Source: Verrucomicrobiota bacterium
GTDB taxonomy: Bacteria > Verrucomicrobiota > Verrucomicrobiia > Opitutales > Cerasicoccaceae
NCBI GenBank assembly: GCA_039818205.1
Contig: JBCBUK010000001.1
Location: forward strand, 564,460-628,459
Length of the DNA stretch: 64,000 bases
Direction of reading: 5' to 3'
Position numbers and translations under genes: made by a program. Positions 21,488 through 30,977 of the stretch are shown in pieces. The notes below the pieces were generated by a model that was not told the origin of the DNA, did not search any database, and saw only the letters and a list, made by a program, of their open reading frames with translations. Each line of letters starts with the position of its first letter. The first letter of the stretch is position 1.

Positions 21488-21638
21488 GGCAATCGTAGAC
21501 ACGAAGAGACCTCCGAGGAGTCGCTTGCGGCGCCAAAGAACTTGGAGTGTCTATTGTTAAAGGTGTAATTAGTTTGTATATTGGGGTTTACACTAAAACG
21601 GGCCTCTGCGTGGCAACTCTGCGTAGAGGCTTCTTTTT
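21488..21638 (+). ncRNA. Candidate small RNA (two hairpins plus intrinsic terminator)
   Basis: AGACA/TGTCT + CTCCGAG/CTTGGAG stem, GTGTAA/TTACAC stem, terminator; no convincing ORF. Confidence 0.4.
21602..21638 (+). terminator. Rho-independent terminator
   Basis: GCCTCTGCGTGG-CAACT-CTGCGTAGAGGC then TTCTTTTT; G-U pairs favour the + strand. Confidence 0.8.
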
Positions 21639-21843
21639 GTGTATGTTTTGGCGTAAAACAAACTCTCGAGCCACCCAGCTTGTCTGCAAAAGCTGACTCT
21701 CCTTTCGAGGCAGGCGCTCTTAGGTAACCGAGAGGTAAGGACTTGAGAAGAGTTTTCGGGCTAGCGATTGAGCCGATTCTGCAAACGAGACAAGAAAACC
21801 TTGCCCAGCGAAGAAATCGTGATTGATAGTGTCGGCTTTGCTC

Positions 21844-22635
21844 ATGAATCCCGAACAGCCAAACCAACCAGGCGGTCAGCCCCGCCAACTCAATTTACAG
21901 CAACTGGCCAACCAAATGTTGGGCGGCCTTCAGCGCCACTTCGACATGTTGGCATTTAACATCGCTGCGCACGAGTGCGTCACGGAGGAGGCCTATCACA
22001 GCCGAGTCCAAGCGACTAAAGTAATGCCAGCGGCACCTGCTCACCAAAATTTTGAGCAAATGCAGGCTTACGCGCAGGATTTGATGATGCGCCAAGTCAT
22101 TAACGATGTGCTCAATCTGGCTGTTGCCGCCCTGAATAACAGCCACCTTTTCCTAGCGGCCATCAAGGCGCAGAAGGAGTTTGGACAAAACCAAGAGGGT
22201 CAGCAGCAAGCCAACCAATCTCAGCAAGCCTTTGCTCAAGCCCAATTGGACGAAAAGTTCAATCAGATGGAGCAAGGATACGGCGTCCTTTGTGAACTTG
22301 AAGACACCATCATCTCGCTTGGTTTTGCGATGCAAGCCCTCGTCCAGAACGGCGCCATGGTCCAACAAGCGCACCTCGATGAACAAGGCGAGCTGGCGTT
22401 TGACTTGAAGGCATTCGAAGTAACCGCTGATCCCGAGCCTGGCCAACCAGGTCAGGGTCGATTAATCGACCAGCGAAAAGTCCTGCGCGAGGGCGAGGCT
22501 GTGACCTTTAATCGCCAAGAACTTCAACTCCTCCTAATCACTGCAGCGTCGTTCTTCGATCAACTTTTCAAGGCTGTCGCTCGCTACGCCGAGGAGAATA
22601 ATCCAAATGCTGGCCAACAGCCCGAAGCTCAATAA
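21844..22635 (+). CDS. Hypothetical Gln-rich helical protein upstream of rplM
   Basis: Long ORF with protein-like composition; ATG at 21844 (MNPEQPNQ) preferred; no family recognised. Confidence 0.8.
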   Translation: MNPEQPNQPGGQPRQLNLQQLANQMLGGLQRHFDMLAFNIAAHECVTEEAYHSRVQATKVMPAAPAHQNFEQMQAYAQDLMMRQVINDVLNLAVAALNNSHLFLAAIKAQKEFGQNQEGQQQANQSQQAFAQAQLDEKFNQMEQGYGVLCELEDTIISLGFAMQALVQNGAMVQQAHLDEQGELAFDLKAFEVTADPEPGQPGQGRLIDQRKVLREGEAVTFNRQELQLLLITAASFFDQLFKAVARYAEENNPNAGQQPEAQ

Positions 22636-22691
22636 TAACAAAAGAATCGCTCGGAATTCGCATTTTCGACCGATTTTACCAAGAAAACGTG

Positions 22692-22719
22692 TTGACAGTA
22701 GGCCCCGTTAGCCTACTTT
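22692..22719 (+). promoter_or_regulatory. Sigma70-like promoter of rplM-rpsI (TTGACA-N16-TACTTT) with an internal inverted repeat
   Basis: Perfect -35; AGTAGGC/GCCTACT palindrome at 22697-22717. Confidence 0.65.
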
Positions 22720-22740
22720 CCTCGCTTTTCCCTATTTCCG

Positions 22741-23172
22741 ATGAAGACAACTCTAGCCAAACCAGACGCCGAGAAACAGTGGTTCGTCGTCGACGCCGAG
22801 GGTGAAGTCCTAGGACGCCTCGCCGTTAAGATTGCCAATGCCCTTCGTGGCCGCCACAAGGCGACCTACACGCCGCACGTCGATGCTGGTGATTACGTCA
22901 TCGTGATCAATGCCGACAAGGTAAAGGTCACTGGCCGCAAAGAAGAGGACAAGCAGTATATGTTTCACACTGGTTGGGTCGGTAATGAATACCGTCGCAA
23001 CGTCGCACATTTCCGCGCCAAGAAGCCCGCGTTCCTGATTGAGAATGCCGTCAAAGGCATGCTTCCCCGTAACAAGCTTGCTCGTCACATGATGAAGAAG
23101 CTCAAAGTATACGCGGGTACCGAGCATCCACACGAAGCGCAAAATCCACAACCGTTTAAGATCGCTAAGTAA
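22741..23172 (+). CDS. rplM: 50S ribosomal protein L13
   Basis: WFVVDAEGEVLGRLA, YTPHVDAGD, VKGMLP, HPHEAQ. Confidence 0.99.
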   Translation: MKTTLAKPDAEKQWFVVDAEGEVLGRLAVKIANALRGRHKATYTPHVDAGDYVIVINADKVKVTGRKEEDKQYMFHTGWVGNEYRRNVAHFRAKKPAFLIENAVKGMLPRNKLARHMMKKLKVYAGTEHPHEAQNPQPFKIAK

Positions 23173-23182
23173 CTTTTAGACC

Positions 23183-23584
23183 ATGACTGAGACGCAAACT
23201 GTTTTTACCGCTGTCGGTCGTCGTAAGACCTCATCCGCTCGTGTGCGCTTGACCCCGGGTGGATCTGGCAAGATCACCATTAACGGTCGTGAGTTCGAAG
23301 ACTACTGTTTTTCGGAGTCGATGCAGCGTGGCATCAAGCTTCCATTCGACCTGACCGAAACCACTGGCCAGTTCGACGTGTTCATTCGCGTTGAAGGTGG
23401 CGGCCCAACCGGCCAAACCGGTGCCATGTCACACGGTATCGCCCGCGCTTTGCAAAAGTACAATCCAGAGCTGCGCTCAGTCCTGAAGAAGGCTGGACTC
23501 ATCACACGTGACCCTCGCATGAAGGAACGTAAGAAGTCCGGTCAGCCAGGTGCACGTAAGCGATTCCAGTTCTCGAAACGCTAA
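23183..23584 (+). CDS. rpsI: 30S ribosomal protein S9
   Basis: GRRKTSSARV, GGG.TGQ, TRDPRMKERKK, QFSKR. Confidence 0.99.
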   Translation: MTETQTVFTAVGRRKTSSARVRLTPGGSGKITINGREFEDYCFSESMQRGIKLPFDLTETTGQFDVFIRVEGGGPTGQTGAMSHGIARALQKYNPELRSVLKKAGLITRDPRMKERKKSGQPGARKRFQFSKR

Positions 23585-23613
23585 GCAACCCCGCGAAGGT
23601 TCTACGACTTTCC

Positions 23614-23647
23614 GAACCCTTCCGTGGCGTTGCCTGGGAGGGTTTTT
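23614..23647 (+). terminator. Intrinsic terminator after rpsI
   Basis: GAACCCTTCC...GGGAGGGTTT followed by Ts. Confidence 0.7.
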
Positions 23648-23685
23648 GCATTTTCACGTCTTTTGTTACTCAACTTTTTCATTTT

Positions 23686-24729
23686 GTGGCACATTCAAAC
23701 ATCAACGTAGGTATCGTCGGCGCCGCGGGTTACTCCGGCGAGGAACTTGTCCGGATCATCGCCGGCCACCCTCAGGTAAACCTTACAGCCGTCACCTCGC
23801 GTTCTCTGATCGGGAAACCCGTTATCGAGGTAATGCCCAAATTCCGGGGTCTACTTGCTGACGATTTTGTCTTTACTGAGAGCAACGCCGAAGCGCTGGC
23901 CCAACGAGACGACATTGACGTGTTCTTCCTGGCCCTGCCTCATGGAGTCGCCGCCGAGTATGCCGAAACTCTCGTAAATGCCGGCAAAAAAGTGCTGGAT
24001 CTTAGTGCGGACTTTCGGTTGAGCTCCACGGAAACCTATCTCGAATTTTACGGAAAAGAGCACCCGGCACCCGAGTTACTCAAAGACGCCGCTTACGTAA
24101 TCCCGGAAATTGCGAAGGACGGATGGCAATCAGCGAAGATGATCGCCTGCCCGGGATGCTATCCAACAAGCATCATCACTCCTCTCTTTCCACTATTGAA
24201 GCAGGCTTTAGTCGAACCGACCGGCATTGTCGTGAACTCGATGAGCGGGGTGAGCGGTGCTGGCAAAAAGGTATCCGAAGACTATATTTACTGCGAACGG
24301 AACGAATCCGCTAAGGCATACGGGGTTCCCAAACACCGGCACCTCTCCGAGATCGAAGAACAGCTCTCGACCGCGCAAGGAAGCCAGATTATCGTCCAGT
24401 TTTCGCCGCACTTAGTCCCCATGAAACGGGGCATCGCGTCCACGATTGTCGTCAAAGCGAAGCAAGCGGGAATAGATTCTATTTACTCCGCCTGGGAATC
24501 CGCTTACGCAGATCGGCCATTTATCGGCATACTACCAAGTGGTAAGACGCCCGACACCGCCCATGTAACCGGAACCAACCGGGTAGATCTCTCCGCTGTC
24601 TACGATGAGCGGACCGGAAATCTTGTCATCACTTCGGCGGAAGACAATTTGCTCAAAGGTGCCAGCGGCCAAGCAGTGCAAATCATGAACCTTTGGCTCG
24701 GTTTCCCCGAAACAGCTGGCCTCATTTAA
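23686..24729 (+). CDS. argC: N-acetyl-gamma-glutamyl-phosphate reductase
   Basis: GAAGYSG, ALPHG, DLSADFRL, CPGCYPT, DNLLKGASGQAVQ. Confidence 0.98.
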   Translation: MAHSNINVGIVGAAGYSGEELVRIIAGHPQVNLTAVTSRSLIGKPVIEVMPKFRGLLADDFVFTESNAEALAQRDDIDVFFLALPHGVAAEYAETLVNAGKKVLDLSADFRLSSTETYLEFYGKEHPAPELLKDAAYVIPEIAKDGWQSAKMIACPGCYPTSIITPLFPLLKQALVEPTGIVVNSMSGVSGAGKKVSEDYIYCERNESAKAYGVPKHRHLSEIEEQLSTAQGSQIIVQFSPHLVPMKRGIASTIVVKAKQAGIDSIYSAWESAYADRPFIGILPSGKTPDTAHVTGTNRVDLSAVYDERTGNLVITSAEDNLLKGASGQAVQIMNLWLGFPETAGLI

Positions 24730-24754
24730 TCCGCCAATCTCAGCACTGCACCAC

Positions 24755-25984
24755 ATGAACGACCGCATCAACATTTCCGATCCCGCCAACGGCTTGAATG
24801 AAGCCGCCGGTTTCCAATGCGCTGGCGTTGGTTGCGATATACGCGGTATCGGCGATGATCGCCTTGATCTGGCATTGATTTATTCGTCGTCGCCCTGCAC
24901 TGCCGCTGGCGTATTTACCACAAACGATGTCAAAGCGGCCCCAGTGGTTCTTGATCAGCAGATTCTTGCCAGCGGCGTTCCCTATCACGGAATTGTCGTG
25001 AATAGCGGCAACGCAAATGCCTGCACCGGCGAACAAGGAATGACCGACGCACAGGCAATGACGGCTGCCGCCGAGGAAGCATGCGGCGCACCAAGCGGTT
25101 CTTTTTTCGTCTGCTCGACTGGACGGATCGGTCGGCACCTCCCCATGGACAATGTGCTCAGAGGCATATCTGATGCGGGTCTAGGGCTAAATAGCTCTGC
25201 GGAACAAAGTCAACGGGCAGCGGACGCAATCCTCACGTCCGACACTCGCTCTAAAACGGTATCCGCAAGCTTTGTTTGGCAAAGCAAAACCATCACCGTT
25301 GCGGGCATCGGCAAAGGAGCAGGTATGATTGAGCCCAAAATGGCCACAATGCTCGCGTTTGTTACGACCGATGCCGCCGTGCCTCAGCCGCTGCTCCAGG
25401 AAACGCTCGCCCAGGCAAATCAATGCTCTTTCAACCAGATCACGGTCGACGGCGATATGAGCACCAACGATACGGTTTTGCTACTCGCCAACGGTAACAG
25501 CGAGGTGATGGTATCTCTGGACGAGCCCGAACTGCTTTCCCTGTTTCAAGATGCCGTAGCCGTTGTATGCCGCAAACTGGCCGAGAAAATTGTCGGCGAT
25601 GGCGAACGGGTCACCAAGTTTGTCCAATTAAAGATCGAAGGAGCCCCAACGGCCGAAGATGCCGAGAAAGTCGCGCGGGCAGTTGGCAATTCCCTCTTGG
25701 TTAAGACCTCCTGGTTCGGTAGTGATCCAAATTGGGGACGGCTCATGGACGCGGCCGGCTATGCGCGGATCGGTCTCATCGAGAATCGGGTCGACCTTTT
25801 CTACAACGACGTGCCTGCGCTTCTACAAGGAACTCCACAGGATAAATACTTGGCGCAGTGGAAAGCAATCGTCGCTGAGAAACATTTCTCAATAACCCTA
25901 AACCTGAACCTCGGTGGAGCCGATTATGAACTGCTTTCAACCGATCTTTCGACGGGCTACGTTGACTTTAATAAATCCGAATAA
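24755..25984 (+). CDS. argJ: Glutamate N-acetyltransferase / amino-acid acetyltransferase
   Basis: NSGNANACTG, KGAGMI.P.MATML, VDGDMSTND, DPNWGR. Confidence 0.98.
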   Translation: MNDRINISDPANGLNEAAGFQCAGVGCDIRGIGDDRLDLALIYSSSPCTAAGVFTTNDVKAAPVVLDQQILASGVPYHGIVVNSGNANACTGEQGMTDAQAMTAAAEEACGAPSGSFFVCSTGRIGRHLPMDNVLRGISDAGLGLNSSAEQSQRAADAILTSDTRSKTVSASFVWQSKTITVAGIGKGAGMIEPKMATMLAFVTTDAAVPQPLLQETLAQANQCSFNQITVDGDMSTNDTVLLLANGNSEVMVSLDEPELLSLFQDAVAVVCRKLAEKIVGDGERVTKFVQLKIEGAPTAEDAEKVARAVGNSLLVKTSWFGSDPNWGRLMDAAGYARIGLIENRVDLFYNDVPALLQGTPQDKYLAQWKAIVAEKHFSITLNLNLGGADYELLSTDLSTGYVDFNKSE

Positions 25985-25992
25985 GCTGAACC

Positions 25993-26910
25993 ATGTCAGA
26001 CATACCTGCTCCACTTTCTGATACGCTCGACGGCATTGACATTACCACCAAAGCCCGTGTGCTGCTGGAGGCCCTGCCGTACATCCAGCGCTTTCGCGGT
26101 TCGACATTTGTCGTCAAATATGGCGGTAGCTTCATGGACGATCCCGACCCTGAAGTCCGGGTTCGCGTGGCTACCGATATCGTTTTTCTGGCTGCCGTCG
26201 GCATTCAAGTTGTCGTCGTTCACGGTGGGGGCAAAGCGATCTCTCGCGGCATGGAAGAGGCTGGATTGAAACCAGTCTTCGCCAATGGTCTAAGAGTTAC
26301 CGACGCATCAGCGATAAAGATCGTCGAGAAGACCCTCAATAAGAAGGTCAACCTCGACATCTGCGAACTTGTTCAGCAGAAGCAAGGGCGTCCCCTGGGT
26401 GTCTCCGGCAACAGTGTCTTCGTCTGCGATAAGTTGCACTCTTACGATAAGGAGGGCAAGCCGCTCGACCTGGGTTTCGTGGGATCGATCAAAATTGTTA
26501 AGGCAAAACTCATTAAGAAGGCACTGACCGACGGCTACACGCCGATCATTTCGCCAATCGCACTTGATGAGAACAATCAGCCGCACAATACCAACGCGGA
26601 TGTCGCGGCTTCGGCCGTCGCCTCCGCCCTACGCGCTCGCCGGTTGGTCTATCTCTCTGACGTACCCGGCCTTCTCCGGGATCCTTCCGATCCGAGCTCG
26701 CTGATTTCGACTCTGCATGTCGACGAAGTCGACGGCTTGAAAAAAGATGGAACCATTGGCAAGGGGATGATTCCCAAGGTAGACAGCGCGGTCAAAGCAT
26801 TGCACAACGGCGTCCACCGGGTTCACTTCGTGGATGGGCGGCAACCGCACAGTATCTTACTCGAAATCTTTACCGACCGTGGTATTGGAACCGAAATTGT
26901 TAATCGGTAA
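25993..26910 (+). CDS. argB: Acetylglutamate kinase
   Basis: LEALPYI, VVKYGG, VHGGG, GLRVTD, NAD, GMIPKV. Confidence 0.98.
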   Translation: MSDIPAPLSDTLDGIDITTKARVLLEALPYIQRFRGSTFVVKYGGSFMDDPDPEVRVRVATDIVFLAAVGIQVVVVHGGGKAISRGMEEAGLKPVFANGLRVTDASAIKIVEKTLNKKVNLDICELVQQKQGRPLGVSGNSVFVCDKLHSYDKEGKPLDLGFVGSIKIVKAKLIKKALTDGYTPIISPIALDENNQPHNTNADVAASAVASALRARRLVYLSDVPGLLRDPSDPSSLISTLHVDEVDGLKKDGTIGKGMIPKVDSAVKALHNGVHRVHFVDGRQPHSILLEIFTDRGIGTEIVNR

Positions 26911-26922
26911 CACCTCCTTACT

Positions 26923-28122
26923 ATGACCTCCGCAACTGCCAATCGTTACGACGAATTCGTCCTCGGAAATTACGGCCCACCATCCTGCACACTGGTGCGG
27001 GGCGAAGGTGTTTACGTATATGACGACGCGAATCGCCGCCTTCTCGACTTCGGTTCCGGCATCGCTGTGAGCGCCATTGGTCATTGCCATCCAGTATGGG
27101 TAGAGGCCATTCAGAAACAAGCCGCGCAGTTGGGGCACATTAGCAATCTCTACGCACATGAGGGCCAAGGCCAATTGGCCGAGAGGCTCGTTCAGGTCGC
27201 CGGGCCCGGCAAAGCATTTTTTTGCAATAGTGGTGCCGAAGCCAACGAGGCATTAATCAAACTTGCACGTCTGCACGGCCAGAACATCTCCAATGGCAAA
27301 GAAGGTTTGCGCTACAAAGTAATCACCGCAGAAAACGCTTTTCACGGTCGCACTTTTGGTGGCATGGCTGCCACGCCTCAGGAGAAAATCCAAGGTGGCT
27401 TCCGCCCAATGGTTGATGGCTTCGCCCACGGCAAACTCAATGATCTCAACAGTTTCGCTGACAAGATCGATGATCAAACGGCTGCAATCATGGTCGAGAC
27501 CATCCAGGGCGAAGGCGGCATCAACCCCTGCACGACCGAATTCCTACAAGGCCTCCGCGAACTGTGCGACAAACACCAGCTCTTGCTCATAATTGACGAA
27601 GTGCAATGTGGGATTGGACGGGCAGGAACATTCTTCGCCTACGAATCGGCTGGCGTTAAGCCTGACGCCATCGGAATGGCAAAGGGGCTCGGCGGCGGCT
27701 TCCCCATTGGAGCCATCTGGATCTCTGAATCCTATGCTGGGCTGTTCAAGCCGGGATCACATGGAACCACTTTTGGCGGTGGCCCCCTCGCTTGCGCGGC
27801 GGCTCTTGCTACGCTGAACGTACTCGACGAGGAAGATCTGCTCAAAAACGTTCAGAAGAACTCTGAACCCTGGATCGCTCGTCTCGAAACTCTCATCCGT
27901 TCCTTCCCGCACATCGTGGACGAAGTGCGTGGTCGCGGATACATGATCGGACTGGCGCTAAAGATCGACCCGCGTCCCGTCGTAAATCAACTCCGAGAAG
28001 ATGGGCTCATTGCGATCCCTGCCGGAGGCAACGTCCTTCGACTGTTGCCCCCATTGGTTGCCTCCGAAGAAGACCTTCAAATGGCGACCGACATCCTGAT
28101 TCAAGTATTCAACGAATTGTAA
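26923..28122 (+). CDS. argD: Acetylornithine aminotransferase
   Basis: NSGAEANE, FHGRT, IQGEGG, DEVQCG.GR, AKGLGGG; arg operon context. Confidence 0.96.
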   Translation: MTSATANRYDEFVLGNYGPPSCTLVRGEGVYVYDDANRRLLDFGSGIAVSAIGHCHPVWVEAIQKQAAQLGHISNLYAHEGQGQLAERLVQVAGPGKAFFCNSGAEANEALIKLARLHGQNISNGKEGLRYKVITAENAFHGRTFGGMAATPQEKIQGGFRPMVDGFAHGKLNDLNSFADKIDDQTAAIMVETIQGEGGINPCTTEFLQGLRELCDKHQLLLIIDEVQCGIGRAGTFFAYESAGVKPDAIGMAKGLGGGFPIGAIWISESYAGLFKPGSHGTTFGGGPLACAAALATLNVLDEEDLLKNVQKNSEPWIARLETLIRSFPHIVDEVRGRGYMIGLALKIDPRPVVNQLREDGLIAIPAGGNVLRLLPPLVASEEDLQMATDILIQVFNEL

Positions 28123-28131
28123 TGCCTGCCC

Positions 28132-29073
28132 TTGCCCATGAAGCACCTGCTAAAAGTTACCGACCTGTCCATTGATGAGATTCGTGAGATCTTCCAATTA
28201 GCCGCGAAGTATAAGGCGGAGCGTGCCAAAACTCCGAAGACCCTTGCAGGCGAGAGCTGGGGGATGCTGTTTTATAAAAACAGCACACGCACACGTGTAT
28301 CCTTCGAGGTGGGACTGTTTGAGCTCGGAGCTCACCCGTTGATCCTTTCAGCGTCCAATACCCAGATTTCCCGCGGAGAATCAACCGCCGACACCGCGCG
28401 GGTCCTATCGCGTTATCTACACGGGTTGATTGTACGCTGCTACGACCATTCCCTGCTCGAAGAATTTGCCGAGGCCGGGAGCATCCCAATCATCAACGCA
28501 CTGTCCGATTATTCGCACCCGTGTCAGATCTTGGCGGACGCCTTTACACTCACCGAGCGCTGGTCCCATGGCTCGGACCCCATTGAAGCACTCAATGGGC
28601 GGCGTCTTGCGTTCCTGGGTGACACCAATTGCAACATGGCAAATTCCTGGCTGCTAGCTGGGGCACACCTGGGTATGGATATTGCCCTCGGTGGCCCGGA
28701 ATCACTCGCGCCGGGCGAGGCTGTTAGCCAGGACCTCAAGAAACTGGGCCAAGATGCCCAGGCCAACTTTACTCAAAACGCGTTGGAAGCCTCGGAGAAC
28801 GCCGATGTCGTTTATACCGATGTCTGGGTAAGCATGGGCGCTGAAGCGGACAAAGCCGACCGCCTAAACATGCTCAAGCCATTTCAGGTGAACGCCCAAG
28901 TCATGGGAGCGGCTAAGGACGATGCGCTGTTCCTCCATTGCTTGCCGGCTCACCTCGGTGAAGAGGTATCTGAGGATGTCTACGAAGGCCCGCAATCAAT
29001 CGTGTTTGATCAGGCAGAAAACCGTCTACACGTCCAGAAGGCCATCCTTACGGTTCTCGGCCAGGCGAGATAG
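28132..29073 (+). CDS. argF: Ornithine carbamoyltransferase
   Basis: STRTRVSFE, HPCQ, DVWVSMG, HCLP, QAENR. Confidence 0.98.
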   Translation: MPMKHLLKVTDLSIDEIREIFQLAAKYKAERAKTPKTLAGESWGMLFYKNSTRTRVSFEVGLFELGAHPLILSASNTQISRGESTADTARVLSRYLHGLIVRCYDHSLLEEFAEAGSIPIINALSDYSHPCQILADAFTLTERWSHGSDPIEALNGRRLAFLGDTNCNMANSWLLAGAHLGMDIALGGPESLAPGEAVSQDLKKLGQDAQANFTQNALEASENADVVYTDVWVSMGAEADKADRLNMLKPFQVNAQVMGAAKDDALFLHCLPAHLGEEVSEDVYEGPQSIVFDQAENRLHVQKAILTVLGQAR

Positions 29074-29088
29074 CAACTAGCTTTCGGA

Positions 29089-30408
29089 TTATTCGCTCGC
29101 CGTAGCTAAACGCTTGCTCCTGCGGCGACGCCACTCAGCGATACCGATCGTGGCAATTAATAGACCACCAAAGGCATAGGTCGACGGCTCCGGCACCGGT
29201 GCAATGTTCCCAGGAACGATTTCAATGAAACCGGCTCCAAGATCCGTACGGCCAACCGCGCGCCCATAAAACAGCGTTCCACTATTGAAGATGCGGACAT
29301 TGAACAAATCGTCGCCCGCGACCACTGCGACACCGTTATTCTCAAGATCCGCAAAAACAAATTGGTCAGTTCCACCGCCGGATCGGGAGTTTCCGCCGCT
29401 GAAATCATGCGTCTGGCCGTTCCAGTTGGTCAGGTAGAGGCGAACATCGTTCATCTCACTCCGATTGGAATTACCGGAACCATTCAATTGAATAATACCG
29501 CCACCAACATCATCACCAAACTGAATATCCGACTGCGATGTTAGCGTTAAGCCACGCTCAAAGGTCGCGTTGCGGACCAGAGAATCATCCGCAGTAAATC
29601 CAAAAGTTCCGCCCTGCACTTCCAATGAGGTGCGCCGTGAACCTTGCTCACCCGCGATCAAGTCACTACCTGCTGGCCCCGCAAGCAACAAGGTACCACC
29701 CTGGGTTCCAATACCCCGCATCGCCGATGGCACGGACCCCGCATCACCAACGGTTCCATTGATATTTACTGTGCTCCCGGTAGAGGCGAAAACGATCGCC
29801 TGCGAACCCGTCGTGTTACTGAGCGATATCGTCCCGTTGATATCAGCCGTCCCGTTAACAATTTCGACGTTCTTTGCGTTGCTGGCGAAGGCAATCGTGT
29901 TATTAAATTCCAGACCGCCGGTTCCCGCATCCCAAATACTCTGGTCTACGGTGTTGTCATTATTGGCCTGCAGGATATCGACATTAAAAGTCGCGAGGTT
30001 GCCCGAGGAGTTCAGTATCGAATTACCGTTACCAAACCCGTCGTTCGCGCCATAAATTGTGTAAAAGAAATCGCCAGTTTGATTAAAGGTATAGCCCGAC
30101 GTGCCTCCGGTGACGTCTAACGTTCCGACATTTTGCGAGTCCTTATTGTTACCCTGATCAAGAACAACGATATAGTCCGGCGCGCCGCCGGTTTCCGCCC
30201 CAAACGTCAAAATCTGATTATTGGCATTATTGGGTGTTGAGGGGACACCACCCACCGACCAATTCGATGCATTGCTCACATTGTTATTCGCTCCACCACC
30301 GTCCCATGTGGAGTCTGCTATAGCTGAAAATGAACCAACAACAAACGTACCTAACGAAGCGAAAAAGCGTATTACTAACCCAACATAAATTCGGTTTATA
30401 TCTATAAT
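29089..30408 (-). CDS. PEP-CTERM surface protein; start codon problematic
   Basis: C-terminal VPEPSTY + TM + WRRRR; the frame stays open upstream of the track start (30279) through a signal-like segment and TWDGGGANNN to a stop at 30418-30420. Confidence 0.85.
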   Translation of the reverse strand: MIDINRIYVGLVIRFFASLGTFVVGSFSAIADSTWDGGGANNNVSNASNWSVGGVPSTPNNANNQILTFGAETGGAPDYIVVLDQGNNKDSQNVGTLDVTGGTSGYTFNQTGDFFYTIYGANDGFGNGNSILNSSGNLATFNVDILQANNDNTVDQSIWDAGTGGLEFNNTIAFASNAKNVEIVNGTADINGTISLSNTTGSQAIVFASTGSTVNINGTVGDAGSVPSAMRGIGTQGGTLLLAGPAGSDLIAGEQGSRRTSLEVQGGTFGFTADDSLVRNATFERGLTLTSQSDIQFGDDVGGGIIQLNGSGNSNRSEMNDVRLYLTNWNGQTHDFSGGNSRSGGGTDQFVFADLENNGVAVVAGDDLFNVRIFNSGTLFYGRAVGRTDLGAGFIEIVPGNIAPVPEPSTYAFGGLLIATIGIAEWRRRRSKRLATASE

Positions 30409-30524
30409 TAAATCCCCTTATCCTTACACAAACGGTAAGAATGCAATTAAATAAGCACAAACTAAAACAGCTTGTGCCCTAGCAATTTAAGCCAATTGGC
30501 TCTAATTGAGATAGGATAATCGAT

Positions 30525-30971
30525 TCAAACGTCGATCACATCGTCATCGCCGCGATCCCTTTTGCCACCTATTGATCGGCGGTTCCCATTATAGCGCTGA
30601 ACCTTAACTTTTGTTCCACCCAGGAACAAGTTTACGATCAAAGATGTAAAGCCAACAACGATAGCTCCCCATAGTGCCGACCAAAAGCCAGCAACTTCAA
30701 ATCCAGGCACAATACTGCCCGCTAACCAGAAGAGTAAGGCATTAATAATAATGATGCCCAAACCCAATGTGAGGAACACAAAAGGGAGTGTTAATAGAAT
30801 TAGAATTGGGCGCAGAACGACGTTGAGCACACTGATCATCAAGACCGCCAACAAGAGCGATACGTTGTTCTCAAACTGAATACCATCACTGGTCCAGGCC
30901 GCAAGGAATACGCCCAATGCAATGAGTATCCACGAGCGGAACCATCCGCCGATCGAATCGGGTTTATTCAT
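30525..30971 (-). CDS. Four-TM membrane protein, YvlD/DUF360 (Phage_holin_4_2) family
   Basis: LN..LRPIL.LLTLP..LTLGL..IINA, VPGF.V.GFWSAL.G. Confidence 0.9.
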   Translation of the reverse strand: MNKPDSIGGWFRSWILIALGVFLAAWTSDGIQFENNVSLLLAVLMISVLNVVLRPILILLTLPFVFLTLGLGIIIINALLFWLAGSIVPGFEVAGFWSALWGAIVVGFTSLIVNLFLGGTKVKVQRYNGNRRSIGGKRDRGDDDVIDV

Positions 30972-30977
30972 GCTCGC

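Noticed and set aside
21510..21547. SAH riboswitch resemblance (CCGAGGAG.CGC.TGC)
   Set aside because: Lacks the CAGG junction and the downstream pseudoknot partner; no SAH-related gene follows.
21700..21750. Glycine riboswitch resemblance (CTCTTAGG..GGAC)
   Set aside because: No GGAGA / CCGAAG core upstream and no glycine-related gene.
21293..21888. ORFs 21293-21568 (+) and 21472-21888 (-)
   Set aside because: Non-protein-like composition; they overlap a terminator, structured elements and the next gene.
30525..30971. Prophage lysis gene (holin-family label)
   Set aside because: This family is common in non-phage contexts; no endolysin or other phage genes nearby.
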